This document shows positions 40,354-48,968 of a stretch of 64,000 nt of DNA, one piece after another. The position numbers and the translations under genes are program-made. Numbering within the stretch: position 1 is the stretch's first letter; each line of letters begins with the position of its first letter. Location of the stretch: assembly GCA_965230935.1 (NCBI GenBank), contig OZ246400.1, positions 848,864 through 912,863 of the forward strand. Reading direction: 5' to 3'. This DNA comes from an uncultured Gammaproteobacteria bacterium (lineage in GTDB: Bacteria > Patescibacteriota > Patescibacteriia > Magasanikbacterales > JBBTQS01). The notes beneath the pieces were generated by a model. It was not told the origin of the DNA, made no database searches, and was given only the letters and a program-made list of their open reading frames with translations.

Positions 40354-41427
40354 TTACAAACGAATGTATTGTTGTCCACCGGTGTCTTTTGCAAAGCCGG
40401 CAAGTTCCATTGCCATTATAGTACGGAGAATATCTTTTTGTGGCAAATTACTTTTGGCAATCAGACGGTCAATTGTCTGCGGGGTAGTATTAAGCAATGC
40501 GTATAGCTGGGTAAATTTTTCAGGCACTACTCGTGATGTTTGGGATGACGATGCAACTTCAAGTAGCTGCAAGATCTGGTCAGGATGCGTGATACTATAT
40601 GCTCCTTGTGCGATCAACTCATTTGCCCCGGCACTGGAATGTGAAAAAATGGATCCAGGAATTGCGCCAACAGATCGGTGGTATTCAAGTGCTAATCGTG
40701 CGGTGATCTTCGCTCCGGATTTACTCGCCGCTTCAATGACCAACGTCATAGCACACATTCCGGCAATGATACGATTACGACGTGGATAGGAGTATTTGTG
40801 TGATGGCATTGTTGGCGGAAATTCACTGATGATCGCGCCGTGGTGTTGAATGATATTTCGTGCCAAGCCTAGATGGTGTTTGGGGAAGAGGTGTGCATCA
40901 TTGCATCCTCCTGGCAAAATCGCTGCAGTGTAGCCACCACTAGCAAGGGTGGTTTGGTGCGTGTGACCATCAACACCATAGGCAAGGCCGCTGATGACCC
41001 CTACATTGTGTTGCGTCAGAGGCGGCACAATATGTTCGATCACTTGTCGTCCATATGGAGTGATTTTTCGTGAACCAACAACTGCAACAAGTGGTAGTTG
41101 TGGTGGTGGGAGTTTGCCTCGCACAAATAGTATTGCAGGCGCGTCTGGAATTTGTTTGAGTAGTTTTGGATAGGGGACATCTTGGTAGGTGATCGGGTGA
41201 ATTAACTCATCTACGAGATATTGCCAAAGACGATCAGGGTTGCATTGTTTGCGCCAATCACAAAACTCCTCAATTTTGATTTGCGGTACGTGTGGTGTTT
41301 TGATTTTGGAAGACGACAATGTCCACACCTTTTTGGGGTGATGGTGATGCAACACAGCTCTCAGGTGTTGTGGACGCCACTTGGGATAGGATGCGATTGC
41401 CGTCAAAAACCATGACGGATGCTCCAT
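40354..41427 (-). CDS. dprA: DNA processing protein DprA/Smf
   Basis: Rossmann-like motifs VAVVGSRK and ISGLAYGVD. Confidence 0.88.
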   Translation of the reverse strand: MEHPSWFLTAIASYPKWRPQHLRAVLHHHHPKKVWTLSSSKIKTPHVPQIKIEEFCDWRKQCNPDRLWQYLVDELIHPITYQDVPYPKLLKQIPDAPAILFVRGKLPPPQLPLVAVVGSRKITPYGRQVIEHIVPPLTQHNVGVISGLAYGVDGHTHQTTLASGGYTAAILPGGCNDAHLFPKHHLGLARNIIQHHGAIISEFPPTMPSHKYSYPRRNRIIAGMCAMTLVIEAASKSGAKITARLALEYHRSVGAIPGSIFSHSSAGANELIAQGAYSITHPDQILQLLEVASSSQTSRVVPEKFTQLYALLNTTPQTIDRLIAKSNLPQKDILRTIMAMELAGFAKDTGGQQYIRL

Positions 41428-41430
41428 AGC

Positions 41431-41970
41431 TTAGCGCAAAAATTTTTCCTCAATGAGGATTGGTAATTGATTGAGTATACCACGAAGCTTCATGCGCTCC
41501 AAGAGTGAGAGGTTTCCTAAAACGTATTTTTCTGTTGGAATACGTGGGTGTCGTCCAATGCCAATACGAATTCGCCAAAATGCTTTTGTTCCAATCTCAT
41601 GAATGACTGAAAGCACGCCATTGTGTCCAGCCGCACTTTTATCAAATTGTACGCGAACTTCTCCTGGAGCAATATCCAAGTCATCGTGAATTACCACCAA
41701 ATCTTCTGCAAGCGCATCGTGCCAATGGAGGAGTGCACGAATACTTACTCCGGAGCGGTTCATGTAGGTTTGTGGTTTTGCCAAAACAACTTTGTGTTTT
41801 CCCATCCGTCCATCACACGTGATGGCATTGGTTTTGCGTTGTTCAGTCCAGTTGGAGCAAGACCACTCGCTTTTGTGTCGACGCAGATGATCTACTGCTA
41901 AAAAACCAACATTATGTCGGTTATGTTCGTATTGTTTTCCTGGATTGCCAAGTCCAACAATGAGCACCAT
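41431..41970 (-). CDS. pth: Peptidyl-tRNA hydrolase
   Basis: LIVGLGNPG and HNVGF motifs. Confidence 0.93.
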   Translation of the reverse strand: MVLIVGLGNPGKQYEHNRHNVGFLAVDHLRRHKSEWSCSNWTEQRKTNAITCDGRMGKHKVVLAKPQTYMNRSGVSIRALLHWHDALAEDLVVIHDDLDIAPGEVRVQFDKSAAGHNGVLSVIHEIGTKAFWRIRIGIGRHPRIPTEKYVLGNLSLLERMKLRGILNQLPILIEEKFLR

Positions 41971-41971
41971 A

Positions 41972-43327
41972 TTAACGCTTATACTTTCGAATATACACGG
42001 TTACCGGTGTTCCTTCAAAATCAAAATGTTCACGAAGTTGATTTTCAAGAAAATGGATGTAGGAATCATGTACCGATGTTTTGTATTTAATGACCGCCTC
42101 AAACACCGGCGGTTCAGTGGCAACTTGAGAGAAGGAAAGAACTTTGGGATGTCGTGATCCTTTGCCGCGTGACGGACGATGTTTTTTTGTAACGGTCTTG
42201 AGCCATGTTTCAAGCACGTCCGGTTCAATAATTTTTTTCCGTTGTTGCACCACACGCTCGACTGTTTCAAAAATTTGGTGAACTTTAGTTCCTGATTTGG
42301 CACTCACAAATATAATCGGTGCCCAGGTTAAAAATGGATAATACCCATGAATCATTTTAATAAACAAGCTTCGCGCTTCTTGGCTGTGATCTTCAACCAG
42401 GTCCCATTTGTTGACGATCACAACAATCCCGGCGTGCTTGCCCTCGATGAGGCTCATTAGATGTTTTTCTTGTGACGAGAATGGCTCAGTGGCATCAAGG
42501 ACAAGTAAAGCGACCTGAGCATCATCAAAGGATCGAATACTGTCAGCTACACCAAGTTTCTCTAGTCCTTTTTGTACCCGTGCTTTTTTACGAATTCCGG
42601 CAGTATCAATGAATCGAAAATACTTGTCGTCGTGGAGAATATCCACATCAAATGATTCACGAGTGGTATGTGGAATCTCGCTTACAATGACTTCTCGCGC
42701 TCCGGCTAAGGCGTTTAAGAGTGATGATTTGCCAACATTTGGTTTTCCAATAATCGTAACCCGTGCTGCAATCTCTCGTTCAAGAGCGCAAGAGTGGTCT
42801 TGGCGTAAGGGGAGCAATTGATGTACGGCGTCAAGCATGTCACCAATGCCGCTTCCGTTTGCTGCAGAGACGGGAAGTGGGTCACCAAATCCAAGTGCAC
42901 TCCATTCATGAGAGAATGCATGGGTACGCCAATTATCGGTGTCAGCCTTATTTGCAACAACCACCACCGGTTTGTTTAGTTTACGTAGTCGTTTTGCTAA
43001 TTCTTTTTCTTGTGGCAATGTCCCAATTTGCACATCAACAACAAACACCACAACATCAGCTTCGGCAAGCGCCAGCTCTGATTGCTCAAGTACTTCTCGT
43101 TCAAACAACAGTTCGTTTTCAAAAGTGAGTCCGCCGGTGTCAACTACCATGATTGCCTCACCGCGCCAGTACAAGATTCCGGTGTTGCGCGTGCGTGTGG
43201 TTCCGGAGACATCAGAGACCAGTGCTTTTTGTTTTTCAATGAGTCGATTGAACAATGTTGATTTTCCAACATTTGTTCTCCCTACTAACGCTATCGTTGG
43301 GTACGTTGTTGGTGCTTTGCGTTTCAT
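41972..43327 (-). CDS. der: GTPase Der/EngA (two GTPase domains plus KH domain)
   Basis: Two G-domains (GRTNVGKST and GKPNVGKSS). Confidence 0.93.
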   Translation of the reverse strand: MKRKAPTTYPTIALVGRTNVGKSTLFNRLIEKQKALVSDVSGTTRTRNTGILYWRGEAIMVVDTGGLTFENELLFEREVLEQSELALAEADVVVFVVDVQIGTLPQEKELAKRLRKLNKPVVVVANKADTDNWRTHAFSHEWSALGFGDPLPVSAANGSGIGDMLDAVHQLLPLRQDHSCALEREIAARVTIIGKPNVGKSSLLNALAGAREVIVSEIPHTTRESFDVDILHDDKYFRFIDTAGIRKKARVQKGLEKLGVADSIRSFDDAQVALLVLDATEPFSSQEKHLMSLIEGKHAGIVVIVNKWDLVEDHSQEARSLFIKMIHGYYPFLTWAPIIFVSAKSGTKVHQIFETVERVVQQRKKIIEPDVLETWLKTVTKKHRPSRGKGSRHPKVLSFSQVATEPPVFEAVIKYKTSVHDSYIHFLENQLREHFDFEGTPVTVYIRKYKR

Positions 43328-44787
43328 AGCGATGCTGTGGTGATATCGTCTCCCAAGATAATCAGAATGTCGCTGTCCTCTTGTGCGGTGGTTGGGATTT
43401 CTTGTGCTGGTATTACTTGGGCATCAAGAAGTTCTGCCAATTGTGTTGTTTCATCTTCAAATTCACCATCGCGCAAATCATAGATTACGGTTGAGGTGAA
43501 TGGGCGATTTTCAGCGTTTCCAATACTATGCACGAAATGATCCTGCTCGGTAATGCGTGCTTTGATCTTGGCCGCGAGTCCTACTACCCAGGTACCATTT
43601 TGAATTTCAATACTTGCCGCACCTTCTGGTTTAATAATTTCTTCTTCTTTTTCCGGAACAATCACGACTCGATCAGATAAGGTGGTGGTTCCGTTGATTT
43701 GTCCGCCAAAGATGTCACGAATCGCAATTTGAATTTGGCGAAACGTTCGATCTCGTGGCAAAAGCATGTAAAGATTTTCACCACTGCCATTGGCAAGCAG
43801 GCCGCCCGGTGCGTCAGATAATACTAAGCTGTTGATATTATCAGTGTCTAAGTTTTTTGCAATACGTACCAGTTGCAATGCCGTACTAATATCAGCATTG
43901 GTGACAATATTGTGCGAAAGCGTCTTGCGCAAGCTGTTTAACTTTCCTGGGTTAAGTAGCGTGGAAAGGGAAAGGAGTTTGTTTTTAAAGCCAACAATAA
44001 CTTTTTGTTGACGGCGTGATCGGGCAAAGTCCGAACCCTCGCCATTGCCTCCATGACGCGAGCGAGCATAGTGTAATGCTGTTTCACCATCAAGGTGTTG
44101 TGGTCCGGCTTCAAACTCAACGGTTTGGTATTGATGATTGTCAGTAGGGAATCGGGTATCAATAAAATCTCGATCAACCACTACATCAATACCACCTACT
44201 TCGTTGATGAGTTGTTCGAACCCGGCAAAATCCATGCGAACGTAGTAATGGATTGGCTGTTGGGTGATTTGTTCAATCACGCGGATTGCATGTTCGGCAC
44301 CATTACCAGGCTCTTCAAGTTCACCAAACGCATTTGCATGATTAATTTTACGCCATCCATATCCTGGGATAGGTACGGCAAGATCGCGGGGAATAGACAC
44401 CATGGAAATTTCATCTGTCGATGGTTTGATGCTCGCTAAGATAATGGTATCAGTGAGATAGGCACCATCATGTCCTGCTCCGCCCATTCCCAAAAATACA
44501 ATGTTAATCCGGTCTGCTTTCAGTCCGTCAATTCTTCCTTCATCATTCAAAATCAGATTACGCAGTGTGCCGAAAAAACCAGAATGATGTTCGCCTCGAT
44601 ACCATCCTTCATCGCTGTTAGGTCCATCAGTACCAAAGACTACTCCGCTTACCCATGTGGTAAAGAAGAGTGCCGCAATGATTAAAGAAAAAAACAACCC
44701 AGTGCGGCGAAGGACTCGCATAAACCCGCCTTTGCGGGCTGTTGGGCTTTCTTGGTGTTTGATTTGTTGTAGAAAGTCGTTTTCCAT
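43324..44787 (-). CDS. LytR-CpsA-Psr (LCP) family cell-envelope phosphotransferase
   Basis: N-terminal TM segment and an LCP core (NIVFLGMGG...DTIILASI). Confidence 0.85.
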   Translation of the reverse strand: MENDFLQQIKHQESPTARKGGFMRVLRRTGLFFSLIIAALFFTTWVSGVVFGTDGPNSDEGWYRGEHHSGFFGTLRNLILNDEGRIDGLKADRINIVFLGMGGAGHDGAYLTDTIILASIKPSTDEISMVSIPRDLAVPIPGYGWRKINHANAFGELEEPGNGAEHAIRVIEQITQQPIHYYVRMDFAGFEQLINEVGGIDVVVDRDFIDTRFPTDNHQYQTVEFEAGPQHLDGETALHYARSRHGGNGEGSDFARSRRQQKVIVGFKNKLLSLSTLLNPGKLNSLRKTLSHNIVTNADISTALQLVRIAKNLDTDNINSLVLSDAPGGLLANGSGENLYMLLPRDRTFRQIQIAIRDIFGGQINGTTTLSDRVVIVPEKEEEIIKPEGAASIEIQNGTWVVGLAAKIKARITEQDHFVHSIGNAENRPFTSTVIYDLRDGEFEDETTQLAELLDAQVIPAQEIPTTAQEDSDILIILGDDITTASL

Positions 44788-44951
44788 GCTTATTCAGCGT
44801 CAGTATACTCTAAAAATAGTGAATAGACTAGAGGTGGGTATGCACATGAATCACTGTATTTTTTGCTTAAATTTTGACAAATTTTTTTCTGCAAAAATAA
44901 GCATATATTTTGTTTTTTTCTTAAAATAAGCCAAAAAACTGCATTATAAAC

Positions 44952-44980
44952 TTGACAAAAGCACCAAAATGTGTTATAGT
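44952..44980 (+). promoter_or_regulatory. Near-consensus promoter TTGACA-N17-TGtTATAGT upstream of island 2
   Basis: Read directly from the sequence. Confidence 0.55.
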
Positions 44981-45006
44981 CTTTTGTTCTTTTCATGTGC
45001 TTTTTG

Positions 45007-45097
45007 CGCGAGTTGTGTAGAGGAGGGGTCAGTAGATTGGCTCAAATATTCAAAGGAGGCCTGCAATCTACGACAGCAGTTCTCTGCACAACTCGCG
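45007..45097 (+). ncRNA. 91-nt structured leader element: 16-bp outer stem (one G.U) enclosing an 8-bp inner stem, with the SD-like AAGGAGG exposed in the apical region
   Basis: cgcgagttgtgtagag pairs with ctctgcacaactcgcg; gtagattg pairs with caatctac. Read directly from the sequence. Confidence 0.4.
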
Positions 45098-45144
45098 TAA
45101 GAAGTCTGGTGCTTGGTCTGAAACCCAAACGTTGGAGGAAGAGG

Positions 45145-45303
45145 ATGCCTTTGAACAACCCATTGATGGTCACCTGCGGGAACCGTCGCTGTCGCGCGCA
45201 CGTGGCGCTGCTGTACATGCGCGTGCCGTGTACCTCGGTCCGATTGTATCGCTCATACCTATGGGAGATACTGAGGATGTTATTTACAAATCGTGTAGAA
45301 TAA
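45145..45303 (+). CDS. Possible 52-aa Cys-rich small ORF in the leader
   Basis: Good RBS (GGAGGAAGAGG then ATG). Translation is MPLNNPLMVTCGNRRCRAH...; there is no other support. Confidence 0.2.
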   Translation: MPLNNPLMVTCGNRRCRAHVALLYMRVPCTSVRLYRSYLWEILRMLFTNRVE

Positions 45304-45481
45304 TCAGGTATACCTGTACGAATCAGCTGTCTATCTCTGAGGTGCAACGTCGCATCTTGAGCTCTAAGCAATTGAGCGTGCAGGTATGCACACATCGATG
45401 ACCTTGGAGGGTCCGATGATTTTTTCCGTTTTGACCACTTTGGCCACTATCAGCAACCCCAACGACTCCGAGGAGGGAGCC

Positions 45482-47170
45482 ATGAGCGACGACAAGAAGA
45501 GCAAGAAGAAGTCGCCGCCGGCCCCGGCGGAGGCGAACGAGGGCGATGCGAAGCGCAAGTACGAGCCGGGTGACGGGCCCTACGAGCGCGTTCACGCGGA
45601 CGTCATCGGCTCGATGGAGGCGCAGTACTGCTGCAATCCTTTCGACCAGGCCGACGCGTGTGACTTCACCGGCGGTCCGGACGAGCTGACGTTGCCGAGC
45701 TTCAAGGCGCTCAACAGCAGCATCAGCCGGGTGCACGGGCTCAAGCGCGGGTTCTTCCCGGGTGACGAGGCCATCTACGCCCGTTGCCCGCAACACGCGC
45801 ACGAGGTCCGGTACGGCAACCGGACGATCCGCGAGACCTTCAAGTACACGGCCGATCGTTGGGCCGGTAAGGGTCGGACCCCGAGCACCTGGATGGCGCA
45901 GCCGCTGCCGCACCCCGAGGCCTTCAATAAGCACCCGTACTGCACTCCGTGCAGCGGGAGCTGCGGCGGCCTGTGGCTCGAGACCAACCTGTACGCCCCG
46001 CAGCCCGAGGCGCTCGTGGAGCAGCTGGAGGACGTCGAGTCCACCGGCGCGCTCACGCGGGAGCACTTCGGCGCGCATCTGCTGTGCAAGCGGTGCGTGG
46101 ACGCTGACGCGGTCGAGCAGGGGACCCTCGTCGAGTTCGCCACGATCGTGGCGGCCTTGGGTTGGGAGCCGCGGGAGTACGTGCCCGAGGCGCTCGATCT
46201 CGAGGGGTTCGAGGGGACGCAGGTCACGGTTGAGCACCCGCAGCTCGAGGTCTCGCAGAAGCTCCAGGCCGTGGTTCGTTCGACTCACACGTCGTTCGGG
46301 GTGTTCGCCCGCATCGTGGATGACGGACGTGACGCCCTGTTGCGTTGGGAGGACGTCAACGCGGACTACAACGTGGGTGACGTGATCGACATCTGGATCG
46401 CGCGGCTGCACTGCAAGACGGGTGAGGACGGCGAGTCGGATCGCCTCTTCATCTGGGCGGCGGACACCAAGCCCGTGCTCTTGGCGGACGTCAAGTCCGG
46501 CCAGGAGTTCGATGGCGAGGTGGCCTCCCACGCGCCCTTCGGCATGTTCGTGCGCATCGGTCCGGCTCTGCCGGCTGGTGTCGTGCACAAGAGCGTGCTG
46601 AGCGGCCGTTCGCGCGACGACTTCCCGGTGAACACGTTCGTCCGGGTCATGGTCAGCGACGTGGACCACAAGCGTTCTCGACTCAACCTCGTGTTGGTCG
46701 AAGACGTGGAGGGAAGCAGAGCGGTCCAGGACTGGAAGGCGCAGGCGCCGGGAGCGGAGGACGTGGTCTCGGTCGACCAGGAGGTGGGGAAAGGTAAGAC
46801 CCCCACCAAGGTCGGCCTGACCATGGTTCCGCCCAAGTCCGAGCAGCCCAAGTCCAAGAAGTCCCGGTTCGTCCCCAGGCGCCGCACGACGTACGTGGTG
46901 GGTCCCAAGCCCGCCGCTGCGCAGCAGCGTGAGGAGGTCGAGGCGCAGCTCGCCGATGCCGCCAAGGTGTTCGGTGAGGCCGAGCACATCCAGAAGACCG
47001 GTACCTACGGGGCCGGATCCAAGGACAGCATCGGTCGCTCGCTCGAGGGGCGCAAGGCCGGTAAGGCCAAGCGCTCGAAAGCCGAGGAGATCAAGGATCG
47101 GACGCTCAAGGTGTTCGGCGACCTCTTCAACGTCCGCCAGGGCAAGGGCAAGAAGGGCAAGGGCAACTGA
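45482..47170 (+). CDS. High-GC 562-aa protein: N-terminal Cys/His-rich region, three S1/OB-like RNA-binding domains and a Lys/Arg-rich tail
   Basis: GAGGAGGG RBS 6 nt upstream of the ATG. One canonical S1 motif (GQEFDGEVASHAPFGMFVRIGPALPAGVVHKSVLS) and two degenerate ones. About 66% GC with GC3-rich codons. The antisense 622-aa ORF is noise. Confidence 0.7.
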   Translation: MSDDKKSKKKSPPAPAEANEGDAKRKYEPGDGPYERVHADVIGSMEAQYCCNPFDQADACDFTGGPDELTLPSFKALNSSISRVHGLKRGFFPGDEAIYARCPQHAHEVRYGNRTIRETFKYTADRWAGKGRTPSTWMAQPLPHPEAFNKHPYCTPCSGSCGGLWLETNLYAPQPEALVEQLEDVESTGALTREHFGAHLLCKRCVDADAVEQGTLVEFATIVAALGWEPREYVPEALDLEGFEGTQVTVEHPQLEVSQKLQAVVRSTHTSFGVFARIVDDGRDALLRWEDVNADYNVGDVIDIWIARLHCKTGEDGESDRLFIWAADTKPVLLADVKSGQEFDGEVASHAPFGMFVRIGPALPAGVVHKSVLSGRSRDDFPVNTFVRVMVSDVDHKRSRLNLVLVEDVEGSRAVQDWKAQAPGAEDVVSVDQEVGKGKTPTKVGLTMVPPKSEQPKSKKSRFVPRRRTTYVVGPKPAAAQQREEVEAQLADAAKVFGEAEHIQKTGTYGAGSKDSIGRSLEGRKAGKAKRSKAEEIKDRTLKVFGDLFNVRQGKGKKGKGN

Positions 47171-47258
47171 GACCTGGTAGAGGCCAGGCACTACACGACA
47201 ACAACAACTGGTTTTGGGGCGGCGCGGACAACGGAGTAACTTCCCGCGTTTGCGTCGC

Positions 47259-47308
47259 CCCTGTCCAATAGTGCAGCTCAGTATACTGAGAGATACTATT
47301 GGGCAGGG
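47259..47308 (+). promoter_or_regulatory. 50-bp near-perfect palindrome (14-bp arms flanking the self-complementary CTCAGTATACTGAG), immediately upstream of the RBS of the next gene
   Basis: Read directly from the sequence. Operator-like. Confidence 0.35.
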
Positions 47309-47326
47309 AAGACAAGGAGGGCCATC

Positions 47327-48001
47327 TTGAAGAGTTTTTCCTCTTTTCGTCTGGTTCGGCGAAGAGGGTTTCGATGGTCAGTGCTGCTTGTCATGCTGGT
47401 CATCTTCATCTTGATTTTTGTCCCGTTGGAGGTGGCACCTATGACGACTACGCCGGAACATGTGGTGAGCTGTGATGCGCCCAGCAAGGTCGTCGTCAGT
47501 TTCACTCAGGAGCAGATGCGCCAACAGGTGAGCCGGGTGTTTCCGATCAATTTGCCTGAGGTGGTGCGCATGGTGGACGTGGTGCTGCACGATCCATCGA
47601 TCACCTTGAACCAGATCAGCGCCAGCACAGTCACACTGGAGCTCGGCGCAACGTTGGTGGTGAGCACGCCATTGCCTGGTGTTCCGGAAGGGCGGTATCG
47701 TGCAACGATCAGCGCCACCGGATCGTTGGTGTACGGCAATGTGCACAAGGCCGTGTACATCAGTGAGTTTGCCATCACGCAGCTCACGCTCAGCGGACGT
47801 CTTGCGCATGTTCAGGACTCGACGCGCTTGCGCGCGTATGTCCAGGAGGTGTTGCAACAGCAGGTGCTGAGTAATGTGCCGCTGTACCGGACAAGTGAGG
47901 CTCAACTCGCCACGATCGCACCAAATGCGGCTGTGGTACAGGCTGCACTCACCCCCAGTGGGGAGGTGCACATTGGTCTGAGCTGGGATGAGCACCGCTG
48001 A
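47327..48001 (+). CDS. DUF1439 (YceB-like) family protein with signal peptide; TTG start
   Basis: AAGGAGGG RBS 7 nt upstream of the TTG. Basic-hydrophobic N-terminus. Resemblance to the DUF1439 pattern. About 58-60% GC. Confidence 0.55.
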   Translation: MKSFSSFRLVRRRGFRWSVLLVMLVIFILIFVPLEVAPMTTTPEHVVSCDAPSKVVVSFTQEQMRQQVSRVFPINLPEVVRMVDVVLHDPSITLNQISASTVTLELGATLVVSTPLPGVPEGRYRATISATGSLVYGNVHKAVYISEFAITQLTLSGRLAHVQDSTRLRAYVQEVLQQQVLSNVPLYRTSEAQLATIAPNAAVVQAALTPSGEVHIGLSWDEHR

Positions 48002-48028
48002 TCACTCGACAACTCATACAACCGTTGG

Positions 48029-48065
48029 CCGCGCGAGCAAACTGCACGCGCGGCTTTCGAATTTG
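48029..48065 (+). terminator. GC-rich hairpin terminator ending island 2 (gccgcgcg...cgcgcggc followed by tttcgaattt)
   Basis: Read directly from the sequence. Confidence 0.45.
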
Positions 48066-48091
48066 CAAAAAAACTAAGGAATTTGTATACT
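48063..48091 (+). promoter_or_regulatory. Promoter TTGCAA-N17-TATACT for hup
   Basis: Read directly from the sequence. Confidence 0.5.
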
Positions 48092-48129
48092 TGCGCTGTT
48101 ATTGTTAACTCTTAACGCCTACCAACATT

Positions 48130-48414
48130 ATGGCTAAAGGAATTACTAAGTCTCAACTTATGAATGAGTTGGGTGAAAAGTGGGGTGTCAGCAAAAAAGA
48201 GGCTGCTGAAATGCTTGAAGCATTAGTGCAACTTGCATACCACCACGCAAAGACTGATGGGGAAATGATGATCCCTGGTCTTGGGAAGCTGGTAAAAGCA
48301 CACCGTAAAGCACGTATGGGTCGTAACCCAGCAACCGGTGAGCAAATTCACATCCCTGCTAAGACTGTGGCAAAGTTCCGTTTAGCAAAGGCCGCAAAAG
48401 ACGCAATTCTCTAA
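48130..48414 (+). CDS. hup: HU/IHF family DNA-binding protein
   Basis: 94 aa; GFGKF-like arm (IPGLGKLVKAHRKARMGRNPATGEQI). Confidence 0.9.
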   Translation: MAKGITKSQLMNELGEKWGVSKKEAAEMLEALVQLAYHHAKTDGEMMIPGLGKLVKAHRKARMGRNPATGEQIHIPAKTVAKFRLAKAAKDAIL

Positions 48415-48432
48415 ACGTAGAATTACGAGACA

Positions 48433-48458
48433 AAAAAGCCGCGCAAGCGGCTTTTTTG
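48433..48458. terminator. Bidirectional terminator between the convergent HU genes (aaaaaagccgcgcaagcggctttttt)
   Basis: Read directly from the sequence. Confidence 0.7.
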
Positions 48459-48491
48459 ATGGGTATTCCTTTTTCGGTACCTAGTAAAGAC

Positions 48492-48914
48492 CTACGACGT
48501 TGGTGCTGAATCACCTGTCGAGTCATCTGCCGGAGAAGATGGTTCCGGAGGTGAGGCCGGGGCACTTGGGGTTGGTGTTTCAGTAGCTGGTGTTGAAGGG
48601 GCTGCAGGTGCACTTCCTTCGTGTTGAGATTTCTTGAGTGCATCCTTAAGGTTTTTTCCGGCCTTAAACTTGGCTACTTTAGTAGGATTGATGGTAATTT
48701 TTTCACTTGGATTTTGTGGGTTCACCCCAATACGACCTGCACGAACACGTGCGGAGAACGTACCAAATCCAGCAAGAACCACCTCACCGTTCATTTTAAG
48801 GGTATCAGTGGTGATACTCATAAAGGCCTCAACCATATCTTCGGCCTCTTTTTTGCTCACACCAACTTTGGCGCTAATTGCATCGGCTAATTCTGCTTTA
48901 TTCATGTTCGTCAC
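48492..48914 (-). CDS. HU family DNA-binding protein with a Pro/Ala/Ser/Thr-rich acidic C-terminal tail
   Basis: HU core (GFGTFSARVRAGRIGVNPQNPSEKI) plus a roughly 45-aa PAST-rich tail. Confidence 0.85.
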   Translation of the reverse strand: MTNMNKAELADAISAKVGVSKKEAEDMVEAFMSITTDTLKMNGEVVLAGFGTFSARVRAGRIGVNPQNPSEKITINPTKVAKFKAGKNLKDALKKSQHEGSAPAAPSTPATETPTPSAPASPPEPSSPADDSTGDSAPTS

Positions 48915-48968
48915 CTCCCTCTAGGAGTAGGTTATTTTACACAATCAGTGTACCAGAAGTATGCAAAT

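Noticed and set aside
44995-45303. 102-aa ORF-track ORF spanning the island 2 leader.
   Set aside because: Its first part overlaps the promoter and the 91-nt hairpin. Only the distal 52-aa portion has an RBS, and that is kept as a low-confidence feature.
45323-47191. 622-aa minus-strand ORF antisense to the island 2 gene. Similar long antisense ORFs occur at 35626-36552 and 51692-52138.
   Set aside because: They translate to Leu/Arg/Gly/Val-rich low-complexity sequence with no RBS and no motifs. This is a typical artefact of high-GC DNA; the sense ORFs carry the RBSs and domains.
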